Positions 9,181-18,761 of a DNA stretch of 64,000 bases are shown here, piece by piece (the first letter of the stretch is position 1; every line of letters starts with the position of its first letter). The stretch lies in the IMG/VR virus record IMGVR_UViG_2657245091_000008. The stretch is one strand, 5' to 3'. The position numbers and the translations under genes were made by a program. This DNA comes from a virus (lineage: Duplodnaviria > Heunggongvirae > Uroviricota > Caudoviricetes). The notes below the pieces were generated by a model. The model did no database searches and had not been told where the DNA came from. It saw only the letters and a list, made by a program, of their open reading frames with translations.

Positions 9181-9315
9181 ATGGATGTTATCTTCGAATT
9201 ATTAATGCTAATTGATCTGTTTATGAACGCTTCATTGACCACTCAAATACTCGCGTCAATATTTTTGTTACTCTTCTACCTGGTATTGAGGGAGTTAACA
9301 AAGCTACTAATGTGA
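9181..9315 (+). CDS. Small hydrophobic peptide (44 aa), candidate membrane toxin or immunity peptide
   Basis: ATG at 9181 preceded by GGAGTG; translation MDVIFELLMLIDLFMNASLTTQILASIFLLLFYLVLRELTKLLM; AT-rich; below ORF-track size cutoff. Confidence 0.3.
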   Translation: MDVIFELLMLIDLFMNASLTTQILASIFLLLFYLVLRELTKLLM

Positions 9316-9969
9316 TCAAAGTATCACGGTATCTTCATCAACTTCTTTCCCAGCCAGTGACTTTGGCTGGGAGGTGCCTGCTTTAACTTTTTCATGCCCA
9401 ATAATGGAAAGGAACGAAGCGAGTATGCCTGTTTTTTGCTCTTTCTCGACTGTACCGGTCATCTGCTCTACGTAATCCGCACTGGCAACGTTGTGGTATA
9501 CGGTCGCGTAGCAACACAGTATCATCAGAATATGCTCCGGCCTGATATCCTGCCAGTTCACCCTGTAGACTTCTTCTCCGTTACCGTTGTATTCGGTATC
9601 AACGATAGAGTCGGGGATTTCGAAAGCACCTTTGTTATTTTGCGGCAGGGATAATAGCTTCTGGAGTTTTAACTCTCTGTATCTTTCCATCCCGACGATG
9701 ATTGCTGCTCTGCCATCGGCATGACGGGTCTTGAGAGTCACCTGGCTTGCTCCGGTGCCAGCGGAGATCGTTGGCGTAATTTCGTCTACCAGTACCTTAA
9801 ATTTGCTTTTCCGCAGGGCTGCTATAGCTGGAGGAATTTTTTGCTTTTGCTCCAATGCTGACGCGGGAAGGGGTTTTACTTCGTTAATAATGAGAGCGCC
9901 GTCTTTCAGTATTGCAGTGAGCATTTGAGGCTTGCTGGTGGTCAGGCTGAATATTGCGATCTTTTCCAT
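9316..9969 (-). CDS. Hypothetical protein
   Basis: ATG at 9969 (MEKIAIF) preceded by GGAGGAAGG RBS; track ORF extends further to 10011. Confidence 0.5.
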   Translation of the reverse strand: MEKIAIFSLTTSKPQMLTAILKDGALIINEVKPLPASALEQKQKIPPAIAALRKSKFKVLVDEITPTISAGTGASQVTLKTRHADGRAAIIVGMERYRELKLQKLLSLPQNNKGAFEIPDSIVDTEYNGNGEEVYRVNWQDIRPEHILMILCCYATVYHNVASADYVEQMTGTVEKEQKTGILASFLSIIGHEKVKAGTSQPKSLAGKEVDEDTVIL

Positions 9970-9996
9970 TGTCCTTCCTCCACGGATGACGGATAC

Positions 9997-10020
9997 AAAA
10001 AAAGGCCGCACATGGCGGCC
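9997..10020 (-). terminator. Intrinsic terminator-like hairpin (minus strand)
   Basis: On minus strand GGCCGC-CATGT-GCGGCC followed by TTTTTTT; sits directly upstream of the RBS of 9316-9969. Confidence 0.45.
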
Positions 10021-10314
10021 TGCTTTGGCGTTATGACTCCCTACCGCGCTTCGGCTGAAAGTTAATCGTCAAAAGAACCTTCAACGGGAGCCGTTAGCGC
10101 GATGGATTATGTGCAGTTTGTGATTTCAAAAATAGTGTCAACCACTTTTTTTGGATTTTATTTTTTGACAGAAATTTGGCCTAAATCATGTTGATTTGGC
10201 TGATTATTTTTATAACATAAAAGTCATTTTGATTGCATGAAGGACGGTGCAGTGAAGTTAAGGGTTTTAGGGACCGCGCTCGCGGCTAAGATGGTAAAGT
10301 ATGGAGTTAATGAA

Positions 10315-11157
10315 ATGTTTTTTATAAAAAATGGAAAAAGATGTTCCTCAACAATACTTGCTACTGTTGTTGCTCTCTCTGTTCCCACATTTGCCTTTGC
10401 TTATGATTTTAGCAAAATTGACTGCAATGCCCCTAAAACCAGACAGATGTTAATCGATGATTATAATGAACTGCTGAAGGACGATCAGGAAGCAATCTCT
10501 GTAATTGATGCTTATAATCAGATCAATGAGATAAGAGAAAAAAATAAGCTCCAATGCCTGGGAACGTATGAATTCTCAGATGGAAGTGCGCTTAGGGTTA
10601 GATATAAGTTATATTTAAATAGCCTCGGCACACCCATATATGAATTTGCTCCAGTTGAGGAATTAACGCAAGATGACGTAAGTGCATCTATTCATAATTC
10701 CCCTGCAACTCCTGCAACTACAGCGAGCATGGCTGGACATGATAAAAAAAATAATGGTGAAACGTATGCCTGTAAGGTGGCTGTAACTTACAAGGGGGAG
10801 CGTTCTAACTATATGGGGGATTCCGGAACATGGGATCGTGTGATTACTGACTATGGCACTTATTTTTCATGGGATTTGCCACGCGGGAACCGAGGTAACA
10901 GCACAGGTCAGGATGCTTTTAGTGGCATGGACGAATCAAAGCCTGTATTAGAAAATCAGCTAGTGAGAAAGGAAATTGAAAAAGATGGTAGCGTGGTTGA
11001 TGAGTTTAGGACAGAAGTGAGTTATGGAGACAAACAACCGGTACATAAGTTTGTATATGCCCGTAGAATAAAACCTACAGGAACGAGAGAATATTATGTC
11101 ACTGATTTGACGGACAAGCGGGCATTTATGTTTCTGAATTGCCAGCGAGATTCGTAA
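10315..11157 (+). CDS. Secreted/periplasmic hypothetical protein
   Basis: Signal-peptide-like N-terminus MFFIKNGKRCSSTILATVVALSVPTFAFA from ATG 10315 (GGAG RBS); track ORF starts at 10237; AT-rich. Confidence 0.55.
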   Translation: MFFIKNGKRCSSTILATVVALSVPTFAFAYDFSKIDCNAPKTRQMLIDDYNELLKDDQEAISVIDAYNQINEIREKNKLQCLGTYEFSDGSALRVRYKLYLNSLGTPIYEFAPVEELTQDDVSASIHNSPATPATTASMAGHDKKNNGETYACKVAVTYKGERSNYMGDSGTWDRVITDYGTYFSWDLPRGNRGNSTGQDAFSGMDESKPVLENQLVRKEIEKDGSVVDEFRTEVSYGDKQPVHKFVYARRIKPTGTREYYVTDLTDKRAFMFLNCQRDS

Positions 11158-11163
11158 TTGATA

Positions 11164-11196
11164 AAGCAGGCTTAACGACTAAGCCTGCTTTTTGGA
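11164..11196 (+). terminator. Intrinsic terminator
   Basis: Perfect 10-bp stem AAGCAGGCTT/AAGCCTGCTT followed by TTTTTGGATTTT. Confidence 0.6.
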
Positions 11197-11198
11197 TT

Positions 11199-11549
11199 TT
11201 ACTCGGTAATAGTTTTGCAGTTGTTTTGGTTTAAGGCCAATCCAAGTTTGCTGGCGGCTAACTCATTTTCTGTGTGAGAACCAGCAAATACAAATCCTTG
11301 TTTTATCTTATTTACGGTGAAATATTTATTGTATATAAATGCCCAGACAAGTGAAGCTACCCAAGGACCAATTCCTGCAGTGAGAAATGCCAAGATTAGC
11401 ATCACAACGAACACCCCGATGAAAGTTATAAAGTCTTTCCTGAACAAAGCCGGGAAGGCACCAAAAAAGAACGTAGTCCAGGAGAATCCATAAAAGCCTG
11501 AGATGGACTCGCCTGTCCGAGGGTTTTCTAAGTTAATTTTAGTAGCCAA
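11199..11549 (-). CDS. Hypothetical inner-membrane protein
   Basis: 116 aa with two hydrophobic helices. Confidence 0.5.
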   Translation of the reverse strand: MATKINLENPRTGESISGFYGFSWTTFFFGAFPALFRKDFITFIGVFVVMLILAFLTAGIGPWVASLVWAFIYNKYFTVNKIKQGFVFAGSHTENELAASKLGLALNQNNCKTITE

Positions 11550-11717
11550 AGTTATTCATCCTTTAACGTAAAAAAACAAATAATTATAAAGCTGTGTGAG
11601 TGCGCTATTTTACTAATCTACACTATGTTATGCAATTTATTGGTATCAGGCCCCGGCTAGGCCGGGGCAAAAGCTATTAACTAACGATCCAGTCCATAGC
11701 AATAACATCCTCTGGAG

Positions 11718-12617
11718 CTAAATCAATAGCATGGATTTTCCCGTCCCGGATGGTGCGCCAGTGCTTTCGTGATCCACCTTCGGGCCATACCATACACCTT
11801 CAGGCCAGGAAGAACGACGACACACTGTTGCGTATCCAGTCCTGATCTTCTCTCTGGCGGTATGTAGTGACAGATTATCCTTTGGGCTTTCAGGCACAGG
11901 ATGGTGGATTGCCTGAAACATCCCCATCTTTGGATGATACCAGCGTTTATTGCGTGGTTCTGCCTCCGACATCACCTGCTTAAAGGCTTTCCGGAAGGGG
12001 GCCAGGGCCACAATGGAGCGTCGCGCAAGCAAACCATCTGGAGTTAAAAACTCATGCGTATCGGTGGGAATCCGGTAAGCGTTGACCAGGTTTCGGCATT
12101 TGGCTTCAGTCAGGCCGCATTTCGCCGCCAGCTGGCGGTAGCCAATGTAGCCTTCCGGCATATTGCCTTTCTTTATTTGCTCGACGGTTTCAGCGACTTT
12201 GGACACTTGTGCCGATACTTCGGCTACCTGGGCATTAACAGCGTTGATCCGGCGTTCATGCTCAAGATGCATTTGCGCCATTTCAGCCAGGATTTCGGCT
12301 TTTGATTTTAACGGTTCCCTGGCATTCTCCAGTTCGCGCCAGCGGTCCACCAGCCGGGCGGTGAATTCCGGAGAGAGCTGTGCGACGACAATGATACTAT
12401 CGCGCTTGCCTTGTTCGCCTTCGAAGACGTAAGCCTCGACACTACGGCGTAGTCCTAAGTTGTTGATTTTTTCGAAAACCTCAATTTGAGGAAACCGGAC
12501 AACGCCACCTTTGGCTAATGTCTCAATAGTGCGTTTCACATTATCATGACGCTTACCCACCAGTTCCGCGATCTCAATACTGGTCATTGTCGCTTTGCGA
12601 GAGATGGGCAGATTCAT
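11718..12617 (-). CDS. Phage antirepressor-like protein (Rha family N-terminus), copy 1, with aberrant C-terminal extension
   Basis: N-terminal TSIEIAELVGKRHDNVKRTIE (Rha-type); about 80 percent identical to 52798-53505 over shared length; reads on about 65 aa past where copy 2 stops; translationally coupled to icd-like gene. Confidence 0.7.
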   Translation of the reverse strand: MNLPISRKATMTSIEIAELVGKRHDNVKRTIETLAKGGVVRFPQIEVFEKINNLGLRRSVEAYVFEGEQGKRDSIIVVAQLSPEFTARLVDRWRELENAREPLKSKAEILAEMAQMHLEHERRINAVNAQVAEVSAQVSKVAETVEQIKKGNMPEGYIGYRQLAAKCGLTEAKCRNLVNAYRIPTDTHEFLTPDGLLARRSIVALAPFRKAFKQVMSEAEPRNKRWYHPKMGMFQAIHHPVPESPKDNLSLHTAREKIRTGYATVCRRSSWPEGVWYGPKVDHESTGAPSGTGKSMLLI

Positions 12618-12832
12618 CAGTGCACCTCCACGCAGTTCATCGGCAGATTCCAGTAATTGAGGATCTCCATCGCATCAAGAGTGAAGCGAGCAGCAAAAAT
12701 GCAGGGTTCTTCGGGAAGGTATGAGCGCGCTTCTGCTTCGGTTGTAGCCATGACGCAGATATACAGGTGTTTTTGGCAGGAATAGAAACGCCAGATAAAT
12801 TCAGAATGAGTTGGGGTAGGGATAGTAGCCAT
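12617..12832 (-). CDS. Icd-like host cell division inhibitor (immI-type), copy 1
   Basis: 71 aa; EFIWRF...TEAEARSYLP pattern; AAGGAGG RBS; ATGA overlap with downstream antirepressor gene as in P1 icd-ant. Confidence 0.55.
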   Translation of the reverse strand: MATIPTPTHSEFIWRFYSCQKHLYICVMATTEAEARSYLPEEPCIFAARFTLDAMEILNYWNLPMNCVEVH

Positions 12833-13017
12833 ATTGGCAGCCTCCTTTTGCTAAGTTAAGGAGCTACCGCGTGAGGTTCCAATCTCAATGGCGGTAGCAC
12901 TGACTGGGTTGGAACTACCGGCGCAAAAGGGAACCGGCCTGCCTTTCGGCAGCCCAGCCAGCACTACCATTGATCTCTGAGCTAAACGCTACGTATGGCT
13001 GTGCGATGGCATGACAC

Positions 13018-13039
13018 AAAAAAAGACGCTTTCGGCGTC
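13018..13039 (-). terminator. Intrinsic terminator (minus strand)
   Basis: On minus strand GACGC-CGAAA-GCGTC followed by TTTTTTT. Confidence 0.5.
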
Positions 13040-13145
13040 TGTGTCGCCTTTTGCATTATCCGGGGTTCCAATCCCGGCACCCGTTTTTCTAAGGTGCCGT
13101 AGAAATATACCCCACGATAATGCCAGGGCGCAACAGTCAGTATTT

Positions 13146-13313
13146 TATGCTTTGGCGGATTTCTTCCGGGCTTGCTTGCAGGCGTAGGCCATTGCTTTAG
13201 CTTTCACTTCATCCAGCTTCCCGGTAATCACTTCTTTTCCGAGAGTGACAAACCAGTCATAGCAACCGCCAGTAATGTTCTTGATTTGAAAGTTGAGGTA
13301 GCGAACAGTCATT
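13146..13313 (-). CDS. Small hypothetical protein (55 aa)
   Basis: ORF MTVRYLNFQIKNITGGCYDWFVTLGKEVITGKLDEVKAKAMAYACKQARKKSAKA with a minus-strand terminator about 100 bp downstream. Confidence 0.3.
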
Positions 13314-13628
13314 TTGACACCCCCAGCGCGAATAAAGAATGCAGATTATCGCGTGAGTGGTGGACGACGAGTGATGGGAAAAGACTGTAGTTGTTCATAG
13401 TGTAGTGACTCCTTGCTTTCGGAGCCGCCATCGACTGTTCCACGGTCTGGTGGCGGCGCAATAAAGGCTGGAACACCGTGAGTCAACGGGGGCTTTTCAG
13501 CCACCTATATTGCACCGCCATAGGTATGGCGGCGGCAATAATACGAAAAACTAAATAGTTTGTCTCAAAAAGTTGACCGGTGTGCCAATCGGTAGTGAAT
13601 GTACATCGGAGAAATTTTCAATTCAACT

Positions 13629-13650
13629 TAAAATGTTAGAAAACTAATTT
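13629..13650. promoter_or_regulatory. Operator-like motif copy
   Basis: AAATGTTAGAAAACTAATTT. Confidence 0.35.
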
Positions 13651-14222
13651 ATCAATTCAATTGCCATCTGATACAACGCCATTTCATCGGCATTGTGCCG
13701 TATGAAATCTGCTTTTCCGCCTATTTTTCCATCAGCATGAACAGGGACCAGCCAGGGATATTGTTCTCGGACCTCGGCTGGCGCTGCGTACTGGTGGTGC
13801 CATTTACACAAAGGGAGGACATATTTATGCGCGTTCTCTGCCGTTCTCCCGAAGATATGGTGCAGGGATACCACTGGGCTATGTTGCCCGTGAATATGGC
13901 AGGCAATGCAGGGGAGAGTACCGATAGCGGTCTGTATCCGGCGTTCATCGGCTGTGAGTGATCTGCCCTTCAGGCCGCGTGACGTGCGTGTTTTTTTGGG
14001 CGGAGCGGATACAGCTTTATCTTTTCTCCGCTGTTCATATTGCTTTGCTTTTTCAATTTTCTTTTGCCGATATTCAGGCGATGCGGCTTTTTCTCTCGCT
14101 CGCTGCTGCTGGCGTTGAGCTTGTTGAAGGCGCTTTGCCCTTTGTTCCTCTCGCCAGGCCGGGTCAGCCAATTTTTGCATGGCCTTTTGTCTCTGTTTCT
14201 CCCAATAACTCTGTTTCTGCAT
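13644..14222 (-). CDS. ref: Ref-like recombination enhancement function protein (HNH endonuclease)
   Basis: 192 aa; basic disordered N-terminal half and HNH-like core CIACHIHGQHSPVVSLHHIFGR...PLCKWHH; size and architecture as P1 Ref; operator-like motif in promoter region. Confidence 0.65.
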   Translation of the reverse strand: MQKQSYWEKQRQKAMQKLADPAWREEQRAKRLQQAQRQQQRAREKAASPEYRQKKIEKAKQYEQRRKDKAVSAPPKKTRTSRGLKGRSLTADERRIQTAIGTLPCIACHIHGQHSPVVSLHHIFGRTAENAHKYVLPLCKWHHQYAAPAEVREQYPWLVPVHADGKIGGKADFIRHNADEMALYQMAIELIN

Positions 14223-14269
14223 GATGGCTGCCTCTTACTTTTCAGCGATTTTTCTATGATTGATCAAAA

Positions 14270-14310
14270 TGGTTAGATATTCAAAATTGATTTTCTAACA
14301 CAAAACATTA
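14270..14310. promoter_or_regulatory. Operator-like motif pair in ref / 14495 divergent promoter region
   Basis: GGTTAGATATTCAAAATTGATTTTCTAACACAAAAC (two inverted half-sites). Confidence 0.45.
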
Positions 14311-14494
14311 ATATCATTCCTGATAACTGTTTGGAGGACATGATGCTTATAGCTTTAAGTGCGATCCACCAGCCATCTGTGAATGAGATTGGCCTGTTCT
14401 ATGTGTTGTTTTTCGGGGCGTTGGCGCTACTTGAGCTTGGTATTGAGCTTTTCGCAGTGCTTATGTTTTGCGTCACGATTTTGGGGAAATTTTG

Positions 14495-15106
14495 ATGGTG
14501 AAACGTGTTTTGAAAATTTACATCGCGGGGCCGATGACTGGTTATCCAGATTACAACCGTGCGGCGTTTAATGCGAAAGCGAGCGAGCTGATGGCTGAAG
14601 GGCATATCGTTCTGAATCCAGCGGTGTTACCTGGTGGCCTTTGCCAGAGTGAATACATGGATATTTGCCTGGCAATGGTGCGTTCTGCTGATGCGATCTA
14701 TTTGCTCAATCGATGGGAAGAATCGGTTGGTGCTCGTGCAGAGCACGCGCTGGCTGAAAAGCTGGGGCTGACTGTAATTTATGAGTCACCAACCAACATT
14801 GAATGCCAGGTTGCTCCGCATATTTACCGGGAACTGGTCAATGCACTGCGTGATATCGCTGCTGTATATCACGGCACAGAACAGCTTCGTGAGCGTTTAG
14901 CCCATACCATTTCCTATTACCTTTCTTTATCTCATGAGCACAAGCTCCGCCAGAAGGTAATGATCAAATTTATCATGAGGTTATCGAAATCCCTGGCAAA
15001 CGCCGATCCAAAGAATCCATTACCGAAAGAGGCAATGAATTACCTGAAGTCCTGCAACGTTGTTTCTGAAGATGGCGTTCTTTTGGTTAGAAGGAGTTCT
15101 GCGTGA
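14495..15106 (+). CDS. DUF4406 / nucleoside 2-deoxyribosyltransferase-like protein
   Basis: KIYIAGPMTGYPDYN...HIVLNP signature; ATG 14495 with GGGGAA RBS (track ORF begins at TTG 14468). Confidence 0.55.
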   Translation: MVKRVLKIYIAGPMTGYPDYNRAAFNAKASELMAEGHIVLNPAVLPGGLCQSEYMDICLAMVRSADAIYLLNRWEESVGARAEHALAEKLGLTVIYESPTNIECQVAPHIYRELVNALRDIAAVYHGTEQLRERLAHTISYYLSLSHEHKLRQKVMIKFIMRLSKSLANADPKNPLPKEAMNYLKSCNVVSEDGVLLVRRSSA

Positions 15107-15420
15107 GCTGGCGGGGATGGGGAAGGGCAGAAATCATGATACTCCGCCAGTGCGCCGGAACTATGACGGTCGAGAGTATTGGGAAGCTGATCGGTCGTAC
15201 CGGTGATGCCGTCAGGACTAAAGCGCGGGAGTTGGGGATCAGCATGATTCTGAAAGGAGACTTTCATCCGTCAGCCAAATACCGGCAGAGCGATATAGAA
15301 CTGGCACGGCAGCTTCATCAGTGTGGTGTTCCCCGCCGTGAGATCGCGGAAAAACTCGAAATGCCCCTGGGCATGATTAATCAGTACGTTTATTTCGAAA
15401 GGAGAGTGTATGAAGTCTGA
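15103..15420 (+). CDS. Hypothetical protein
   Basis: 105-aa ORF translationally coupled to neighbours. Confidence 0.45.
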   Translation: MSWRGWGRAEIMILRQCAGTMTVESIGKLIGRTGDAVRTKARELGISMILKGDFHPSAKYRQSDIELARQLHQCGVPRREIAEKLEMPLGMINQYVYFERRVYEV

Positions 15421-15805
15421 AGGTTTAACGCCCGCACAACTGGCAGAGCGTAACGCTGAGTATGTAACGGAAATTTCCCGGCTTGAGAAAGCGTGTGCTG
15501 CGCTGGCGGCGGAGAATGCGGCGCTGAATAAATTTATCGCACAGAGTTGCTACGTGTTTGATGGCGAGCAGGATGAAGTATCTGATGCGTATATCTGCGC
15601 AACAGATGGAGGGATGCCGCAAACCCCAGCCACCGACGCTTTTCTGGCTGATGTACGGGCGGTGGCGTTTAACGAGCTTCGCGCGGCGTTTGTCAGGCAC
15701 GCAAAAGTTGCAGGACTGGATGATGCCGATACCGTAACGCTTAAGGAAGTGACAGAAGCATTGTTGCATTGTGCGGAACAGATTCGCAAAGGAGCTGACA
15801 AGTGA
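15410..15805 (+). CDS. Hypothetical protein (shares a domain with 16209-17006)
   Basis: LEKACAALAAENAALNKF...TPATDAFLADVRA resembles ELEGNRAALAAENAKLKA...TPATDTFLDEVKT in the next-but-one gene. Confidence 0.5.
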   Translation: MKSEGLTPAQLAERNAEYVTEISRLEKACAALAAENAALNKFIAQSCYVFDGEQDEVSDAYICATDGGMPQTPATDAFLADVRAVAFNELRAAFVRHAKVAGLDDADTVTLKEVTEALLHCAEQIRKGADK

Positions 15806-16212
15806 AGAAGATGATTTTTGTGGCGGCATTGCTGACCATTACCCAACAGGCGCAGGCTTCAGCAGTTATTGTGGCATCTACCGCCGCGACCACGGCTGCT
15901 GTAGCTGCTGCGAACTCTGCGAATATCGCAAACCAACAGTCACAGCGTGCTGCCAATGCATCAGCCAGTGTTCACCCAATCGCCATTAAGGCCAGCAAGA
16001 AAAATATAGGTTTCATAACATGCGGCAAACGTTCTGACGAGGCTGTAGGTTCGCTTGGATGTACGGTATATGGGGATAGTGAGAGTAGAGAAATTCCATG
16101 GAAAACGTGGCCCGGATACGTTCTCGGCTCGAAGCTTCCTGCCAGCTATGAAGTAAACGCCGTATCGTTTGATCACTATAACGGTGTGGCAACTGTCTAT
16201 TTTGCATATTGA
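15802..16212 (+). CDS. Secreted hypothetical protein
   Basis: Signal peptide MKKMIFVAALLTITQQAQA followed by Ala/Thr-rich linker. Confidence 0.5.
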   Translation: MKKMIFVAALLTITQQAQASAVIVASTAATTAAVAAANSANIANQQSQRAANASASVHPIAIKASKKNIGFITCGKRSDEAVGSLGCTVYGDSESREIPWKTWPGYVLGSKLPASYEVNAVSFDHYNGVATVYFAY

Positions 16213-17006
16213 GGCTCCGCATGAAATTCTCCAAATTTTCTGAGTTGGTGAATCGTATTTTGTCCAATAACCACAGCCATCGTCGCGATATGGATGTAAC
16301 GATCGTTGTTCATTCGCCTGGCAGCATTGGTTCAACACCCTCAGTTGAGGTTCAGTCAATTCACGCTGGTTTTGATTGGGATTCCGGGAAAGTGCTGATT
16401 TTCCCAGCACAGCCACTGACTACGCTAACACCAGAACAGATTACTGATATTACTGATAGTGTGCGCAAAGGTCAGTCCTGGCACGCATATCAGGAATACA
16501 AGAAGCATAAAGAGCGGTTGGAAAAATTATCGATTGAACTTGATACCGCAAAACAGCGCATTGCAGAGCTGGAGGGTAATCGCGCGGCGCTGGCTGCGGA
16601 GAATGCGAAACTGAAGGCGATATGTGAGGATCGCCGCACGTTCATTATGAATGGCGTGCAGCTTGGTTTTATCAAGGTGCCGACAGTGGAAATAGATCCA
16701 GCTCTTGAAACAATTCGTATCGCCCTATCACCACAAAAAACCACTCCTGCGACCGACACTTTCCTGGATGAAGTGAAGACTGAAGCACGCAAGGAGGGCG
16801 CTTACTTTGTGGCGAACAGGATGCTGGCTGCATGGGAAGCTGGTTTTATTGATGATACTGCGAAGAACGCCGCGGATATTGCCCGGATGATTCTTACCTC
16901 TACTGAGTTTATGGCTAATGCGCGGGAAGGCGATTTTGACCGCTCATTCTCTGATGGCGTTCTCGAAGATATCGCCGAACAGCTTCGAAAAGGAGGCAAA
17001 CAGTGA
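16209..17006 (+). CDS. Hypothetical protein
   Basis: 265-aa ORF in coupled operon. Confidence 0.5.
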   Translation: MRLRMKFSKFSELVNRILSNNHSHRRDMDVTIVVHSPGSIGSTPSVEVQSIHAGFDWDSGKVLIFPAQPLTTLTPEQITDITDSVRKGQSWHAYQEYKKHKERLEKLSIELDTAKQRIAELEGNRAALAAENAKLKAICEDRRTFIMNGVQLGFIKVPTVEIDPALETIRIALSPQKTTPATDTFLDEVKTEARKEGAYFVANRMLAAWEAGFIDDTAKNAADIARMILTSTEFMANAREGDFDRSFSDGVLEDIAEQLRKGGKQ

Positions 17007-17251
17007 GTAATTCCGCACGACTACAGCTTGGTTTTTCACCGCTATCAAAAACCATCGTGTTGGCAAAAATGCGTGACTTAGGGGATGGAACAAAACGTCG
17101 TGTCGGCAATGATCGCGGTCGTGATGTAACCAACGAGGCCGCACAACTCGTTTGGCATCTAGTCATGGCTGAAGGCGGTGAAATTAATTGGGAGCTGGAT
17201 GATGGTTCTCGCATGGTATTGAAGGCAGAAAAGCAGGAGCCACCACAGTGA
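17003..17251 (+). CDS. Hypothetical protein
   Basis: 82-aa ORF, stop/start overlaps both neighbours. Confidence 0.4.
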   Translation: MSNSARLQLGFSPLSKTIVLAKMRDLGDGTKRRVGNDRGRDVTNEAAQLVWHLVMAEGGEINWELDDGSRMVLKAEKQEPPQ

Positions 17252-17523
17252 ATATCGACACCACGATAACAATCGATACGGCCCTAAATACCGGTCTGGC
17301 ACTTTTCGGTTGGCTTTACATCATGTCCCGTACCTGGCGATGGCTGGGTTCCATTTTCCTAAAAGAGTGGAAAAAACGGCGCAAACAGGAACTACGCCAG
17401 AAGGCATTAGAAGCGTTCTATGACGCATTTGAGCTTAGCCGCATTGAACCAGGCACAACAGCCAGAATAGCGACAAAAGGCGACCTGATGATAGTGATGT
17501 TCAGACAGGAGAAAACCAAATGA
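17248..17523 (+). CDS. Hypothetical protein with one TM segment
   Basis: 91-aa ORF, overlapping stop/start. Confidence 0.4.
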   Translation: MNIDTTITIDTALNTGLALFGWLYIMSRTWRWLGSIFLKEWKKRRKQELRQKALEAFYDAFELSRIEPGTTARIATKGDLMIVMFRQEKTK

Positions 17524-17744
17524 CAGAACAGACGATGACAAATCGCGAACTTGTTGATGCCGCGATTGAACTTGCTGGCGATTTTTATTCCATGATGGGT
17601 TACGAGCATCGACCTGGTTTTAAGTATTGGGAGTCACCGCATCCGCAAGAACAACAGGTGTTTGAAATGGCCTGCCGTGCTTTTGAGGTTATTCGCGGTT
17701 CTGATGTGATGGAGGCCGTTGCCGACTTGGAGGATGAAGAGTGA
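17520..17744 (+). CDS. Hypothetical protein
   Basis: 74-aa ORF, overlapping stop/start. Confidence 0.4.
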   Translation: MTEQTMTNRELVDAAIELAGDFYSMMGYEHRPGFKYWESPHPQEQQVFEMACRAFEVIRGSDVMEAVADLEDEE

Positions 17745-18052
17745 GCATCATTAAAGAAATGCCGGTAGAACGTGATGAATATGGCTGCTGGACACATCCG
17801 GAGTATGAGAAGTTTTGCGCAGGTCGTGAATATATTTCCACTGAGGAATTTGACGCCTGGATGAAGGAAAATAATCTTCAGTGGACTATTCGCAGTATGG
17901 ATGAAGATGATTTTGATCTGGACGCAGCTGGACCCGATATTGCCGCCTGGGAACCGGAGCGACCAGAGGGTGAAGGCTGGTTTGTTGGCTCTATCCATGA
18001 CACTGAAGATGGTCCAGTTTGTATCTGGCTGCGGGAGAAGGTTGCCGCATGA
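17741..18052 (+). CDS. Hypothetical protein
   Basis: 103-aa ORF, ATGA overlap with phosphatase gene. Confidence 0.45.
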   Translation: MSIIKEMPVERDEYGCWTHPEYEKFCAGREYISTEEFDAWMKENNLQWTIRSMDEDDFDLDAAGPDIAAWEPERPEGEGWFVGSIHDTEDGPVCIWLREKVAA

Positions 18053-18741
18053 TCCAGGCTATGCATGAAGTGAATTTATATAGCCGTATTGATGGTTCTG
18101 GCTACAGAAACATATGGGTTGTTGGTGATCTGCATGGTTGCTACACCAGACTGATGTCCGAACTCCATCGTGTGGATTTTGACCCGGCGCAGGATTTACT
18201 GATATCGGTTGGCGACCTTATCGATCGCGGCACCGAAAATGTTGAATGCCTGGAGCTATTGCAGATGCCCTGGTTTCGGTCAGTTATGGGAAACCACGAG
18301 CGATTAATGATCGATGCGTTAAGTCCTGATGGCAACGTGAATAACTGGCTAATGAATGGCGGACAATGGTTCTTCATGCTGGACGCTGATCAGGAAATAT
18401 TAGCCAGGGCGCTGGTGGAGTTGGTAAGACGTCTGCCCTATATCATTGAGTTGAACACCGGGCATGAAACTATCGTTATAGCCCATGCCGACTATCCAGG
18501 TGGAGAGTACCAGTTCGGTAAGGATGTGTCGCTTTTTGATGTTGTCTGGTCGCGCAGTCGCGTCGGTGATTCGATAGATGGCATTGGTGGAGAAATCACA
18601 GGCGCAGATCGCTTTATCTTTGGGCACACACCGGTACGAAGACCAAAAGCATACTGGAATCAGCACTACATAGACACGGGTGCGGTTTTTTGCGGAAATC
18701 TGACGCTAATGCAGGTGAAGGGAGGGCAGCTTAAAGTCTGA
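18049..18741 (+). CDS. Serine/threonine protein phosphatase (lambda PPase / NinI family)
   Basis: [50 protein letters not shown] closely match lambda phosphatase; ATG 18049 with GGGAGAAGG RBS. Confidence 0.9.
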   Translation: MIQAMHEVNLYSRIDGSGYRNIWVVGDLHGCYTRLMSELHRVDFDPAQDLLISVGDLIDRGTENVECLELLQMPWFRSVMGNHERLMIDALSPDGNVNNWLMNGGQWFFMLDADQEILARALVELVRRLPYIIELNTGHETIVIAHADYPGGEYQFGKDVSLFDVVWSRSRVGDSIDGIGGEITGADRFIFGHTPVRRPKAYWNQHYIDTGAVFCGNLTLMQVKGGQLKV

Positions 18742-18761
18742 TCAAATCATTTACGCACTCA

